A DNA stretch of 64,000 bases from positions 69,254,001-69,318,000 of the forward strand of contig NC_059426.1 of NCBI RefSeq assembly GCF_021028975.2. Direction: 5' to 3'. This DNA is from Sphaerodactylus townsendi. Taxonomy: Eukaryota. Below are positions 1-11,949 of the stretch, piece after piece (positions within the stretch are counted from its first letter, which is position 1; each line of letters starts with the position of its first letter). Below the pieces are notes generated by a model. The model saw nothing but the letters and a program-made list of their open reading frames with translations, did not search any database and was not told the origin of the DNA. The position numbers and the translations under genes were made by a program.

Positions 1-1491
1 CAACTAAAATCAGCTTCACCCTGGAAACACCCCTAGCCTGCTCCCAGCTCCCTGCTGGCATGGGTACCACTTAACCCCCCTGCTCTGGATTGGCTGATAG
101 CGTTCAGTCAACATCCTGGCCACCACAACATAATTGAGCTGTCAATAACCCTCAGAAAATGTTGCTTAGGTCCACCCTGTCAAAATTCCCAAATCCATTT
201 ATGTCTGCCACCCCACCATGATTCTCCATGATCATTTTAGCAGTTCCTTCTTATATTCGCTGTTTGTCATCTGCACTTTGAGAACATAGATAATGAAAAC
301 TGGGCAGAATAAACAAAATATTACCAATGTGTTTCTGACTGCATTTTGATCACCATATTGGGGGTCTTATCAATGTGGAAGGGGGTGTTTGGATTGTCAA
401 GAAACTGGTCTTTCTTCAGCTGTTTCTAGCCTTTTCAGAACCTTGATTCAGGATTTAGGCCTAGTGAAATTATAGAAGCCTTCTCTCTGAGAATGTGAAG
501 ATTTTCAGTTTTAGAATGAGATATAAGAGATGGGAGTTAGATGCAGGTGCAAGTGAGATCATGGGCTGAGCACTTCCAGTCCATGAACTAGGAAGTGCAA
601 GAAATCTTGGGAGGGGGAAGGTGGATTCTTTGATTGTGAGTTCATGCATCTGCAGGGTACGTGGTCACATGTTTATACTCTGTTTCATGTAAAGATGTTA
701 GTAGATTGTATATTCCTCCACCACAGAACAAAGCATGCTGGACATTCTTTGTTGTACAATGCTCTGCTTGGGTCCTCGTACCAACCTAGCTGTGCTCCTC
801 CCCAGCCCCAGCCCCCACAATCCATTTCAAAGTTTGAAAGTGAAAATGCATTTTGGCATAAATGCTCTTGTATCAAAATATCATGATCAATAATGCATAA
901 AATAATGGTTTTGACAAAGACAGTGTGTAAAAATTATCATTCTTGTATTATTTTGGAACCAAAGGCCGTGCAAATATTATAGGTTAGCTATTTAGAGTTT
1001 ATTATTTTCTCCATGCATTGCACTTGCAGTTATATTTGGGGTGTGATTGCCCTGGGTAGTGTGGATTCACTCCCCAACATTTTTGCGTTTTGCTATGCCT
1101 GATTTATCTCCTAAGCCTTGGCAGGGATATTGCCAGATTTATCCATCTTCCCTTTTGTTTCCTGTCGACAATAACCAGTTTATGGTATTTTGGTTGTTCA
1201 GTGGTAAGTATTCATAAAAACCTAATCTGAATAGAAGAATGAGCTTTAGCAATGCACACGTGCCCTGAGTAGGAACTGAGGTAGCACACAAAAAGGGGAT
1301 GAAAGAAGTCAGGGGTTCTGTGCTGCTGTCTTGTGGCCCAATATTATGAGTGGGTCTGCACTCCAATCCAAATGAGATTTGCTTTTCATCTTGTGAGAGC
1401 AGTTAACACTCATCCAGTCCAGCTTAATTTCACCTCGACTCTGCTTATTCATAGGTAAAGCGATTGCAATGTCCTCTTTCTTTCTCTGCAG

Positions 1492-1605
1492 ACAACTATA
1501 CAGAATGTGTTGGTAGTGATGGCCTTGGCCTCTGTACCTGTCATGCTGCTGGGGACACCCTTGTACCTTTGGAGACAGCATCGGCATGGGACCTCTCCTT
1601 CCTTG
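1492..1605 (+). CDS. TCIRG1: V-type proton ATPase subunit a3, internal exon (upstream exons lie outside the window)
   Basis: ctgcag|ACA...TTG|gtgag; 114 nt; TTIQNVLVVMALASVPVMLLGTPLYL. The LLGTPL motif is a3-like rather than a1/a2/a4-like. Confidence 0.92.
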
Positions 1606-1927
1606 GTGAGGCCATTCCCTGTCTTTATGTCCTGGCCATTTGCCAGGTCAGAGTTAGTCCAGCTGTGTGGATTAGTTTTTCCTGGCATGTGAGAGATCTT
1701 TGACCCATTAAGGCAGCAGTCTGAAAGATTTTGGGCATCATCCTTAATGGCTATTTTGGCATCAGCTGCTGGGGTCCAGGTGAAGGGGGGAAGCATTGCA
1801 GGACTGTGATTCCTCTCTCTAGCAAGTGATTCTGAGGGGAGAGAAGAGTTTGAGCAGTCTAATGGGGGAGGTGTTCTGTGCATGGTCCCTCCCTTCCTGA
1901 TGGTAGTGTGCTCTGGCTTTTTTGCAG

Positions 1928-2041
1928 CATCCATCTAGCTCAGAGGAGTGCCAGCCTCTGTTAAATTCAACAGAGCCAAGCAGCTCTGTGAATGTTGCTG
2001 AAAATGACACGAATCACACAAGACTCAAAGGAGAATCAAAG
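1928..2041 (+). CDS. TCIRG1: V-ATPase a3, variable-loop exon
   Basis: ttgcag|CAT...AAG|gtagg; 114 nt, open frame HPSSSEECQPLLNSTEP...GESK; phase 0/0 fits both neighbours. Confidence 0.8.
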
Positions 2042-2907
2042 GTAGGCTTCCTAGTAGGGAGGGCAGAATGGCCCTAGAGTTTTAGAATTTAACACTCCAC
2101 TTCCTTGATGTTACCATTGAAGTAAATTGTGTAAATGTGCCCCTCCTGTGTGTTTCCCAGAAACATGAGAGAAAGTTGGAGTGGGTTAATGGTGAGGAAC
2201 ATATACTTTCCACATGCTCAGTAGTTTATCATGTCACTAGAACTGAGCCAGGGAGCATAAAAGGTCCCTCTGGGGTATGCACTGCCTCAGACGAAGTCCT
2301 GCTGTGAGGCCAAGAGATTTTCATAAAGCAGAAGAGTTCAGAACCGTGTCTTCTAGAAAACCCACCTGTCTGATTTCCAGGTTATGTTCCAAACCACAAG
2401 AATGAGGACTCAAAATGCTATTAAAGACTGCAATTCCTGTGATTCTGCAGTAGTAACCCTGGTATGCATGAGAGGCCATGCAAGAGGAAATTGTATTGAT
2501 AGGAAAGACTGAACAATGTTATGGCAAGCCAGTGCGGCTTATTTTGGATGTCTACCAGGTCAGCAGCCATAGACAATAGCTGAGGGGACTCAGGGCAGGA
2601 AGTCAAGTTGTATGGATTGGGCTGCAAGTGCTGGTTCTTAAGTTGAAAGACATGAATAGCCTGTGCCTGTCTTTCATGCAGAGCTCCTAAGGGCCAAGAC
2701 TTTGCATGTGTAGAGGAGGCACAAGAAGGCACAGGTTGTGGTGAAAACAAAAGCCTCAAAGGTTTGGCAGGGGCCGGGCGGAGTGAGGGGGGGTTCCTGC
2801 TTTAGTCTTTCTAGTCCCCCCCCCTTTCTTTTCATAGGAATATGTTCAGGATGAAATGAAATGTATTTCTGTTTCTTTATAAGTAGAATCTCCACATCTT
2901 CACTGCA

Positions 2908-2926
2908 TCGCCGCTAGATGGTTCAC
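2908..2926 (+). promoter_or_regulatory. CTCF-like motif
   Basis: TCGCCGCTAGATGGTTC, with CpGs retained in a CpG-poor intron. Confidence 0.4.
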
Positions 2927-3062
2927 AGTGTGTTCCATAGCTTAGCAGCTTCAGAGGGTGGAAACATTATGTGACTCCCTGTTTCCTTATAGGGAAGCAG
3001 TGCAGGGCATTAGAGAAATCCTTGCCAGCATGCTGACTCTGTTGCCTGTCTCTCTCTTTCAG

Positions 3063-3180
3063 TTTGAGTTTTCTGATGTGTTCATGCATCAGGCAATTCA
3101 CACCATCGAATATTGCCTGGGCTGCATCTCTAACACTGCTTCCTACCTACGACTCTGGGCCCTCAGCTTGGCCCATGCAC
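3063..3180 (+). CDS. TCIRG1: V-ATPase a3 exon with the essential Arg (TM7)
   Basis: ttcag|TTT...GCAC|gtgagt; [39 protein letters not shown], the V0 a-subunit hallmark. Confidence 0.97.
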
Positions 3181-3313
3181 GTGAGTACATGGGTCTGGTG
3201 AGGGTGCAAGGAGACCTTTGGCACCTCAGGTAGTAGTAGAGGGATGAGCAGATGTGTTGGCTGACGGGGTGTTCCTGAGAGTTTTCGGAAGGGGTAACAG
3301 TGAATGTTGGGAG

Positions 3314-3495
3314 GGAGGGAGACATGGTATAGCCCAGTCTCACCTGACCTCAGCAGTTAAGCAAGATTGGTACCTGGATGGGGTACCACCAAGGAAGGAC
3401 TGTGTTGCAGGGGAAGGCAATTGCAAACCCCCGCTACTTCTCACTTGCCTTGAAAGCCCTTTGCTGGAGATGCCAAAAATTGGCTGCAACTTTAG
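3314..3495 (+). mobile_element. 5S rRNA-derived SINE (SINE3) with Sauria-type tail
   Basis: Decayed 5S internal promoter (gcccagtctcacctgacctcagcagttaagca...tggatggggtaccacc) plus ggcaattgcaaacc tail. Other copies near 15215-15320(+), 17960-18115(-), 23715-23885(-), 30475-30605(-), 46130-46320(+), 58400-58605(-). Confidence 0.7.
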
Positions 3496-3645
3496 GACAC
3501 TTATAACAGTGAAGGCTAGTGTGTGCCTTTGTGCTAAGCCTCTAACCACCATCCTGTCCTCAGAAGTTTCTACTGTGCTCTAGAGGAGGGGAAGAGCTGC
3601 TTGGCAGCTCCAGTGATCCCTGACAAATTCCACCTATACCTGTAG

Positions 3646-3817
3646 AGCTCTCAGAGGTCCTATGGAACATGGTGATGAGGAATGGCCTCCACAGAACAGG
3701 CTACCCAAATGCGGTACTAATTGTACCTGTCTTCGCATTCTTCGCTGTGCTGACTGTGGCAATCCTGCTCGTGATGGAAGGGCTGTCAGCTTTCCTGCAT
3801 GCCCTGCGTCTACACTG
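3646..3817 (+). CDS. TCIRG1: V-ATPase a3 penultimate exon
   Basis: tgtag|AG...TG|gtaag; [11 protein letters not shown]...[26 protein letters not shown]. Confidence 0.97.
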
Positions 3818-4177
3818 GTAAGACACCTGCCCCCCCCCCCCCTTTGTGAATGCTGCAGATGTCAGAGAAGCATATGTATACCTTGTGTGAGATCTGCTAC
3901 CTCCCTTAGGTTGGGTTTCCTAGTGCTTTCACAGCATGCTGCATGACATAGGTGGAGTGGGCGCGCTAGAGAGATTCTCCCCACCAGGCCAGGACACAAG
4001 TAATACAGACTTTTTGTGAGAGAGTGGGATCTGAAATGGTAAAGAATCCCCTGCCCCCAGACCCGGTTGTGCTAGGACCTGCATATTTCATGAGTTGCCT
4101 GATAACTGGGGCTGGGGAAGTTGTAAACAGAAGGTTGGACTTGCAAGATTTGAACTGACGATTCCTGGATTTTTCAG

Positions 4178-4259
4178 GGTGGAATTCCAGAACAAATTCT
4201 ATGCAGGTGCAGGCTACCCATTCATCCCGTTTTCCTTCACTGTTGATTCCTGGGAGTGA
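4178..4259 (+). CDS. TCIRG1: V-ATPase a3 last coding exon
   Basis: ttttcag|G GTG GAA; VEFQNKFYAGAGYPFIPFSFTVDSWE then TGA at 4257-4259. Confidence 0.96.
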
Positions 4260-5319
4260 GAGAGACGACTGCTTCTTCCTGAACCCTGATGATGCCCTGG
4301 GCAAATAGACTGACTCATGCACATTTTCCATACCTGAGCAACTGTCTCCTTTATCCCTCTTTCCTCCAGTTGTGTCTCCCAATCAACCAGAAGATGCAAC
4401 AGTGCTTCTTTACCCCAGCATCTGTTTTGGAGGAGGGACTGCTTATCTATATTTTTTATCTCCATTACTTTTTTAGCAATGTTCTACTCTGCCAGTAAGG
4501 GTATGGTGGTATTTAAGATGCTGTTCTGGAATCAGGTTTTCCTAAGACCTAAATCCTACATCAAGTCATATTATTTCCAGTACTTAATCCGTTATGACTT
4601 GCAACTGAACCAGTCTGCCTTATAGATGCCACTGAGAAGGAAATGTTACCTGAAGGAGCAACAGAGAATGGAGAGCCATATCAGCACATTTTTTTTGTAA
4701 TAAGGCTGTCCTGTGACATTGTTTGTCCTTACAGTTGGCTCTACTTGGTCAAGGAGCAGCATTGCTCATTAATAACAGAGGACAAGAGACTCAGCCCAGA
4801 CACGATGAGCCTTGCCCACATGAGAAGATTTCCATAATGTAGTATTCTGCGCTAAAATTCTATCAGTGTTAATTTCCAGATTGGCATCTCTGTCAGAAAA
4901 CTGGACAAGAAACTGGGCATGGCCCTTTGGTGGCCAAATGCACAATAAGGGTCTGCAGATAAACCCCATGTCCCTCACGTTAGCCAGCTTTGAAGGATCT
5001 GTCTGTCCAGCCAACAACTGACACTTGGTGGTTCATCTAAGGAAAGGGGCTCAGGGGGTGACGTCTGCTATTTTTCAGTGCCCTCTTTGCCAGCTGCTTA
5101 ACAGAACTCAGCACATCAAGTCAAACCTGAAAACCAGCAGAGGGGCTGCTGCCCTGATTGCAGAACAACCGTCCTTCACATTGAAGGCAAGGTCAGAGCA
5201 GCCCCTCTTGTCCCATCTTACTCTGCCCTGCCTCTTGGAGAAGGCAACACTGTAAAGCGAGCTGTCTAGAATTTCATGCTAGATATATCCTGCCAACTCC
5301 ATAATAAGTCCATTGTGCA

Positions 5320-5387
5320 ATTAAACAAATAAAATTCTCTACCTGCACTTCCATATTTGCCTCCTTTGTTGTTGTTGTTGTTGTTGT
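5320..5387 (+). terminator. Likely TCIRG1 polyadenylation signal
   Basis: ATTAAA 5320-5325 and AATAAA 5328-5333, followed by a GU-rich (TTG)n tract at about 5366-5387. Confidence 0.7.
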
Positions 5388-6544
5388 AAAGCTGGTTCAC
5401 AGTCTCCACTGTGTAGCATACTGTATTTGGTTATTTTGCTTGGTTGTGTCCAGTTTTTATTGCAACAGATCTAGGAATAGGAATGAATTTGCTTAAGACT
5501 CTGGAGTATTTCACATACGGGTACCTGAGCAGAAATGGAGAAATGTACCAGACACTAGAGACGAAAATGCAAATATGATATAGGCATAAGAAAATTGGCA
5601 CCTAAAAAACTTGTAAGTACAATGTGTCAGTACAATCATACCATGTCCAATATCAGGAAGTAAATTAGATTATAAACTTTGACCTTGCACAAGAGAGGAG
5701 CTGGTTCATGGAGTTGGTTACATTCATTTGCATTTTGCCAAAGGATGTTGGATAAAGGATTCTTATTTTCATTTGAATGTTGTGTTGCAGTATTGGAGAC
5801 ATACAGTACACCGCTCTTGGACTAGGAACTTAGCAATACTGTATCTAGTTTGTTGCTTCCATCTTTGAGGAAGTTTTCAGTGGATTTTGGCTAGCTTTCC
5901 ATTGATTTACTATTTATCCTTAATATATGAGGATTCTTATTATATTTTTATTTTCATTTGAAGATGTCTTTATTCTCATGCGACATACTTTTTCATTGGC
6001 ATGCTGTTCATTCTTATTTATTCCAGCATAAGCTTTTGTGATATTGATATCGGAGACTGCACATTTGTTGTTTTAAGAAACATTATTATGACTAAATAAC
6101 TTACATTTTGACCTGTAGTACTTGGTACTTTCTGATTCACTGAAGCATTCCACAGAGAATAAGAACAGTAGTGTGTTTGGGTGGGGAGAAACTGGAGGCC
6201 TGTACCTCAGTACAGCACAGCCCCTGCTCACCTGTCCTCAGGTTGGATTTTCCTTCACTTCTGAAATAAGAGACACTGCTGTGGGCCCTTACCACCACAT
6301 TTAATGTCCATTTACTGAGCACATAAGAGATATTTATAAAGCTGATCGTGAGGGGAGTCCAGTGCCAGTTTGGGCTGATGGTGCTATCCATGGGGAGTTC
6401 AGCTGTGGGGTAGTCAATCCTCTTTTGCAGATAGTGCAATGACCTTCATACATTGTGGAAAGGAAGGGATCACTCTGGGATAGACTATTTGTCCAGGAGG
6501 CAGAAGTGGATAACACCCTGGGCATCTTCTTATGTCTCTGTCCT

Positions 6545-6816
6545 TCACTGTTCATAGCCACCAGCAGTGTAGATGTTGACAGCATGGAAGCTAGCAGCCC
6601 GACTGCTTGGGAGCGTATATGGTGTTGCCCGGGCCCTAGCTCCCACATAAATGCTGTGATAGGAGAGGTGCTTGTAGGGCAAGGTCGCTGATGATTCGTT
6701 TAAGGGTCGGCGAGCAATGCATACATCAGGGAGGCTGGCAGGCGTCACCAGTGATGGGTGATGGAGATGGGAAGCTTCTCCGAGGAGGGGAGGAGGGAGA
6801 TGATTATTGGCAAACC
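6545..6816 (-). CDS. TBX10: T-box transcription factor TBX10, exon 8 (last)
   Basis: Poly-T acceptor ttag|GG; frame continues to YVGARARATPYTLP (TBX1/10-type RxxPY motif) and TGA at 6547-6545. Confidence 0.88.
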
Positions 6817-6999
6817 CTAAAAAAAAATAAAAATGTCAGAGTGGATGTTTTCACTTATAGTTCTGATTCTTACACAATGGGGACCTCTATTCCCTTTTCC
6901 CATTGTGCCAGTTCTTCCCTGATGGGGGTCTTATGGCCAGAGTGGGAGAACCCTAGGACACCCATCCTTGATGAACCCACCCACTCTTTCACCCTAGAA

Positions 7000-7107
7000 C
7001 TGTGGTGGCGAACCGTTGGCACTCCAGATGTTATGGACTACAATTCCCATCAGCCCATGGGAATTGTAGTCCATAGCATCTGGAGTGCCAAAGGTTCACC
7101 ACCACTG
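7000..7107. mobile_element. Palindromic hAT (Charlie-like) MITE
   Basis: Near-complete foldback; 8-bp TSD ccctagaa/ccctagga. Confidence 0.85.
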
Positions 7108-7623
7108 CCCTAGGAATTGCCACTCTCTGGTCTCAAATACTTTTTGCTAAGCCCCAGGAGTCCAGAAGGCTATGGTCTGATGTATGTTTTGCCAGTATGA
7201 GTGCCAGCTGCTCCACCTATATACTTTCCAGGTTCCACCCTGCAGCTATGATGTCAGCTTGCAGTGATCTCATTAGCTCAACTGGATTGTATACTTCATT
7301 CCTGAACTAGTGGCTTCAGTGGAGGTGTGCTGGGCGAAAATTGAATTATGCAGTCTGCCTGAACCACTTGATTGCCACTGAATTATGCAGCCTGCCTGAA
7401 CCACGTGTGTGTTACTGTTATGCACAGAAGGTGTGCCTGAATGTATGCTCCAGATCACAGATTTCTGTTAACTAGTTTGTGACAATTTATAAGTCAAGGC
7501 CTAAGATCTGAATTTACCCATTCAGAAGTACTGCGTCTATACTTTGAAAGGCGCTGATCTTAGGGAGGGTATTTCATGTGGAGCTTTCCATGTGTAAGGC
7601 TTACATTTCATTTTCCATCTTAC

Positions 7624-7712
7624 CTTTCTCTGGAGTCTTCTGAATCTGAACGGAGGGAGCTGCCCCACTATTGCGGGATAAGCAGCCTAGTAGTTGTCCC
7701 GGTGACCCTGGC
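7624..7712 (-). CDS. TBX10: TBX10 exon 7
   Basis: cacttag|G...AAAG|gtaaga; 89 nt, PGSPGQLLGCLSRNSGAAPSVQIQKTPEK; phases fit exons 6 and 8. Confidence 0.82.
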
Positions 7713-8392
7713 CTAAGTGGAAGACAAAATTAAGATATGTGACTTCTCTTATCACTAGTCAGCTTTGGGGACGGGGGTAAACCAGAAGCAGCACTTGAAG
7801 CAAGACATAAAGTATTGCTCAGTAGTGGATCAAACTGTTTGTATTACCACTACTCCTGGCTCCTCTTTCCATTTAGCTAACAAAGTGGTACAAACGATGC
7901 CGACCAAATGTGCTGTATGGCCTTTGGACACATTTTTAATGCTCAGCAAAGTAGTAGTCCTGATGTCATAGATGAAAGGCCTAGAATTGCAGGATGGAAA
8001 AAAATAAGGAAAGTTCCAGAGTTTGTTGAATAGGGGCAAGGAAGTCACAATTTCTTTGGGGGCTGGATCATGGGCAAAAATCATGGATGAAGCAAGAGGC
8101 CTGAAAGCAGACTGCAGCTTAGCTTGTACGTCACCACCAAACGGAGACTCCTCATAAAACTGTTCAGTCAACCCAGAGTCTAAAATTACCTAGCTGTACT
8201 ACTTTAGGTCAAGAGTAGAAATTTCTGAAATTACAGATCTGCTGATTATTGGGGAGTGGTAGCATTGAGAGAGATTGCATGTGAAGTGCTGCTATCAGAA
8301 TAAAGCAAAATAATTCAGGTTCATTTAGAAAAGGCCTTGGGCTCATCCTTCTGCCCACATTAAGAAGAGGAAGGACATCAGGATAGACTTAC

Positions 8393-8460
8393 CAGTCATC
8401 TGGTTCACATTCCCGGAATCCTTTTGCGAAGGGATTACTAGCAATTTTCAGTTGTGTGAT
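8393..8460 (-). CDS. TBX10: TBX10 exon 6 (T-box end)
   Basis: [23 protein letters not shown]; canonical AG/GT. Confidence 0.96.
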
Positions 8461-8714
8461 CTGCAAGAGAGGGTTGGGCTTGTCAGGTACACCATGTTTT
8501 CCCTGTCATTCCCTCCCTGCCCCTCCTGGAAATGCTGCTTGCTGTTGCTATTTCTGAAGAAGGTAACACCATTTATGACACACCTGTTGTAGGGTAAAAC
8601 CAGTTCAGGAGCATAACTATTTCACTATCTATTTCAGTACCAAGAAGGGGAAAAACAACTTTGAGTTATGTAGAACAAGAGAAGTACAAAATTGGCAAAA
8701 ATATTTGTTGCATT

Positions 8715-8864
8715 GTCGAAGGCTTTCAAGGTTGAAATCACTAGGGTGTTGTGGGTTTTCCAGCTTGTATGACCATGTTCCAGTAGCATTTTCTTCCGGC
8801 GTTTCGCTTGCATCTGTGGCTGGCATCTTCCAGCCATACAACCTGGGAAACCCATACAACACCC
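8715..8864 (-). mobile_element. Short Penelope-like insertion with inverted pseudo-LTR
   Basis: 16-bp direct repeat aaatatttgttgcatt (8699-8714, 8865-8880); internal inverted arms; hammerhead-like GAAGATGCC...GCGAAAC on the minus strand. Confidence 0.75.
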
Positions 8865-9298
8865 AAATATTTGTTGCATTTACCATCACTCCTCCATGGA
8901 AATTGGATGGCATACATAGGATTATCCTGTGAGGTACGTTAGCCTGAGTGTTAGGAAGCTTAGATCCTATGAACAATTTCTTTGTGTGCTAGATAGAACA
9001 CTGCAGCAGAGACTTTCTCTTCCACTAAAACTTCCATTTGTGTTTGGATCCACTGAAAACTATTAATCTTCTGTAAATAAAAGTTTTAGAGGAAGAGGGC
9101 CCACGCTCCACAGTGGAGACTATCAAGTACATATAGAATTCGTGTATGGGATCCAAGCCTATATGTTTTGTGCTGTCTTTATGTTCTAGCTGAGTTTTTA
9201 ATGTTTTATTACTTTTAATTATTTTTGTGCTGTTTTATCATGTTGTACCTTGGGAGGCATCTCAAGCAGGTTCTCTGGAGAAAGTCATATACGTTTCC

Positions 9299-9553
9299 CA
9301 GTGGCATATGGGGGGAAACTGGCATCTAGGGCAAAATGGCGCCCAGGCCCACCGCCCCTCGACCCAGCCCCCCTGCACCCCACTTACCATAATTAAAAGA
9401 CATAAAAGCGGTTAAAATGCAGTTTAACCGCCAGGCTGCTCCAAGCTGCAGGGTGGCTCAAGGGGGAGGGGTGTGGGGAAGCGATTCTCCGTCCCCAATG
9501 CCACTGCTCGTGGTGTTTGTCCCCGTCCCCGCCCCATGGTAGCTCCGCCTTTG
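9299..9553. mobile_element. Non-autonomous hAT element (CAGTGGCGTA-type TIR)
   Basis: TIR cagtggcata...ctccgcctttg; TSD acgtttcc/atgtttcc. Confidence 0.75.
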
Positions 9554-9849
9554 ATGTTTCCTAAATCATTAAATTAGCCCAAGTTTACTTGTCCAGTGAG
9601 TTTTATTGCTATTGTGGAGATCTGAACGCAGGCCTTCATGGTCCATAGTCATCACTTTGTCCATTATATAATTGTAGGAGTTTTTTTAAGCGATTAAAGT
9701 AATAACATTATTTGTTTAGCAAAGTTCTACAAAACAACTCTCTCCGTCTCTGCTCTGTTGTTAAGTCTAATAGCTCATTACAATACTAACACATCTAGAG
9801 GTGAGCCCTGTTGCTATGAACTAGTGCCCTTGGAGTAATGTGCTCTTAC

Positions 9850-10005
9850 CCGATGGTTCTGATAGGCTGTCACTGCTATGAACTGAGTCTCAGTGAAAAT
9901 GAAGGATTTGAAATTCTCCTGGGCGTAACGCTCGCTATCTGGACGTGGATCTACCACCACCACATGGAAACGTGGCTGGTATCTATGCATGGAATTGAGG
10001 ATGAT
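9850..10005 (-). CDS. TBX10: TBX10 exon 5 (T-box)
   Basis: [52 protein letters not shown]; 156 nt. Confidence 0.96.
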
Positions 10006-11073
10006 CTGGTGAAGAAGAGATCTTTCAGTTGTATATAGATATCTGTTCCAGTATTAAATATTACTCACACTGCATTGTCAAAGCAACACCTGCCAGCACT
10101 CAATGTTAATATATTCCCTGATGGATCTTAACAAAGTCTGAGGCCCTAAGCCCCATAAATGTACTTGCCAAGACAAGTTGCTTGCATTTTAAGCACTGTA
10201 TAACTTCATAACAACCTTTTCCCCAATTATATAAATATCACCAGATTAAAAAAACGCAATCCAGATTGCGGGAAGGATTTCACAGCAGCCGGGGATTGCG
10301 CAGCAAAAATGGCACTGTGCCATCTCCAATGGAGCTCCAAACAGCACAGTAAGCTGGGGAGGGCACCCTGCTGCTGCCTAGACAACTACATAGAAAAAAT
10401 AGACTTTCGCCACATATTATCATAGTGTAAGTTGGAGGGCTACACCAGGGGTTTCTGGCCCAGGGCAAGCCGGCTACTCTTGGCTCTACCCCTGAGAATG
10501 CCCCTAGCCTGCCCCCAGCTTTGTCGATGTCCTGAGTTATGCCGGCCCAGCTCTAGGGGAGGCAGCCTGTTTTGGGCCAGGATCTACAGAGGTCTGCAGT
10601 GCCCACCTGCTGCTCTCTTTGCTTTCCCTGCTGGTTATCAGTGCCACTTACACCAGCAGGGTGAACAAACGCATTGGTGCAAGCCCATGCTGCTTCCAAG
10701 ACACACTTTGCCCCCCATACCGGAATGGACTGTAAGTTTATTACATTGCAAATACCATGTGAATTTTGGCAGTGCACAGAACCAGTAACCCAGATTTTCC
10801 ATGTGCCAATATGAAGGTCTATCAACATTCCATATTGGGCTCGTCAGTTATTGCCTTGTTGCTATTCTAACCCTGCTCATCGTTTACTCAACCCCCTTTA
10901 GCTAACTCAAGTAGGGGGTGTTAAGCGAAATAGAATTCCATACAGAGGAAAGCTGGCCTCTAACAGTTTTCCTTGTATTGGTTTCATGTGGGCAGAAAGG
11001 TGTGGCTGAGCACAGCTATACGAGTTGAAAATGCATTTCTATGGTTTATTTCCCTAAAGCAATAATAACTTAC

Positions 11074-11245
11074 GTGGCCATTGTCATCCATCAAGTTGTT
11101 GGTGAGTTTGAGCTTGTCAAAGGAGACAATCTGCCTCATCCACTGGCCTCCCTTGGCAGGGGAATCAGGATGAAAGTGAACCCGTCCAGGTGTAGCAGGG
11201 TCAGCCTTGCCTGCTACCAGCCAGGCAGAGTTATGGAAGGCGTAT
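11074..11245 (-). CDS. TBX10: TBX10 exon 4 (T-box)
   Basis: [57 protein letters not shown]; 172 nt. Confidence 0.96.
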
Positions 11246-11519
11246 CTGTTGGGAGAGGTAATACCTTTTCCCTGAAAGAGGACTAATCTGAGGTGAAATC
11301 ACTACACTTATTTAACTTCACAGATTGTCATAGTTTCATAGCTATAGGTCCAAAAGTTGTCTGGAAAGGTCTTCACTCATTTGTACTGATAAGTCATGGA
11401 TTTCAGGGATGAAAAAAGGAACAGTCTTCTTGGCCACCCAGAAGGCTTTGCTGGGGATTATGGGAGCTGCTCAGTCTCCATATGAAACTAAGACTGTAGT
11501 AAGAAAGGGAACTGAGCAA

Positions 11520-11949
11520 TAGGGGTGGGCATTCAGTAAACCCAAACCAGGGGGGGAAATACCTTGGCAGTATTTTTTTGGATTTTTTTTCAACTGAAAA
11601 AAGGTGGCAATAAAAGGGAGCTGCCAAATTAGATCCTCAAAGATGCCAAACATTTTTTCAGGATTTTTGGGCCCTCTGCCTCCCTCTCTCATTTACCTGC
11701 AGCCTGACCAAGGCCAGTGTTCAATGGTGGGCTGCACTTACAAAGTCCACATGGGCCAGTGTTCAGTTCTGCGCTTGCCTCTGGGACCCATGTGGAGTTC
11801 AGAGGTAGGTGTACTTTTTGGGTTTGGGTTTAGCAACCTGAAAATTTTCAGAAAAAAAATTATATATCAGCTTTGGGGTTTTTTAATTAAATTTCTGGGT
11901 CTATTAAACTCGAAAAATGTCCCCTCCCCAAAAAAGATGGCCACGCCTA
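11520..11949. mobile_element. Non-autonomous hAT element (TAGGGGTG TIR)
   Basis: TIR taggggtgggcat / atggccacgccta; TSD ctgagcaa/ttgagcaa. Confidence 0.75.

Noticed and set aside
644-1205. Possible extra TCIRG1 exon (ORFs at 644-886; AG...GTAAG at 1029-1203)
   Set aside because: No a-subunit similarity, and the most plausible frame hits a stop.
3314-3400. 5S rRNA gene (and tRNA genes at other SINE heads)
   Set aside because: Heavily decayed and fused to SINE bodies; not functional RNA genes.
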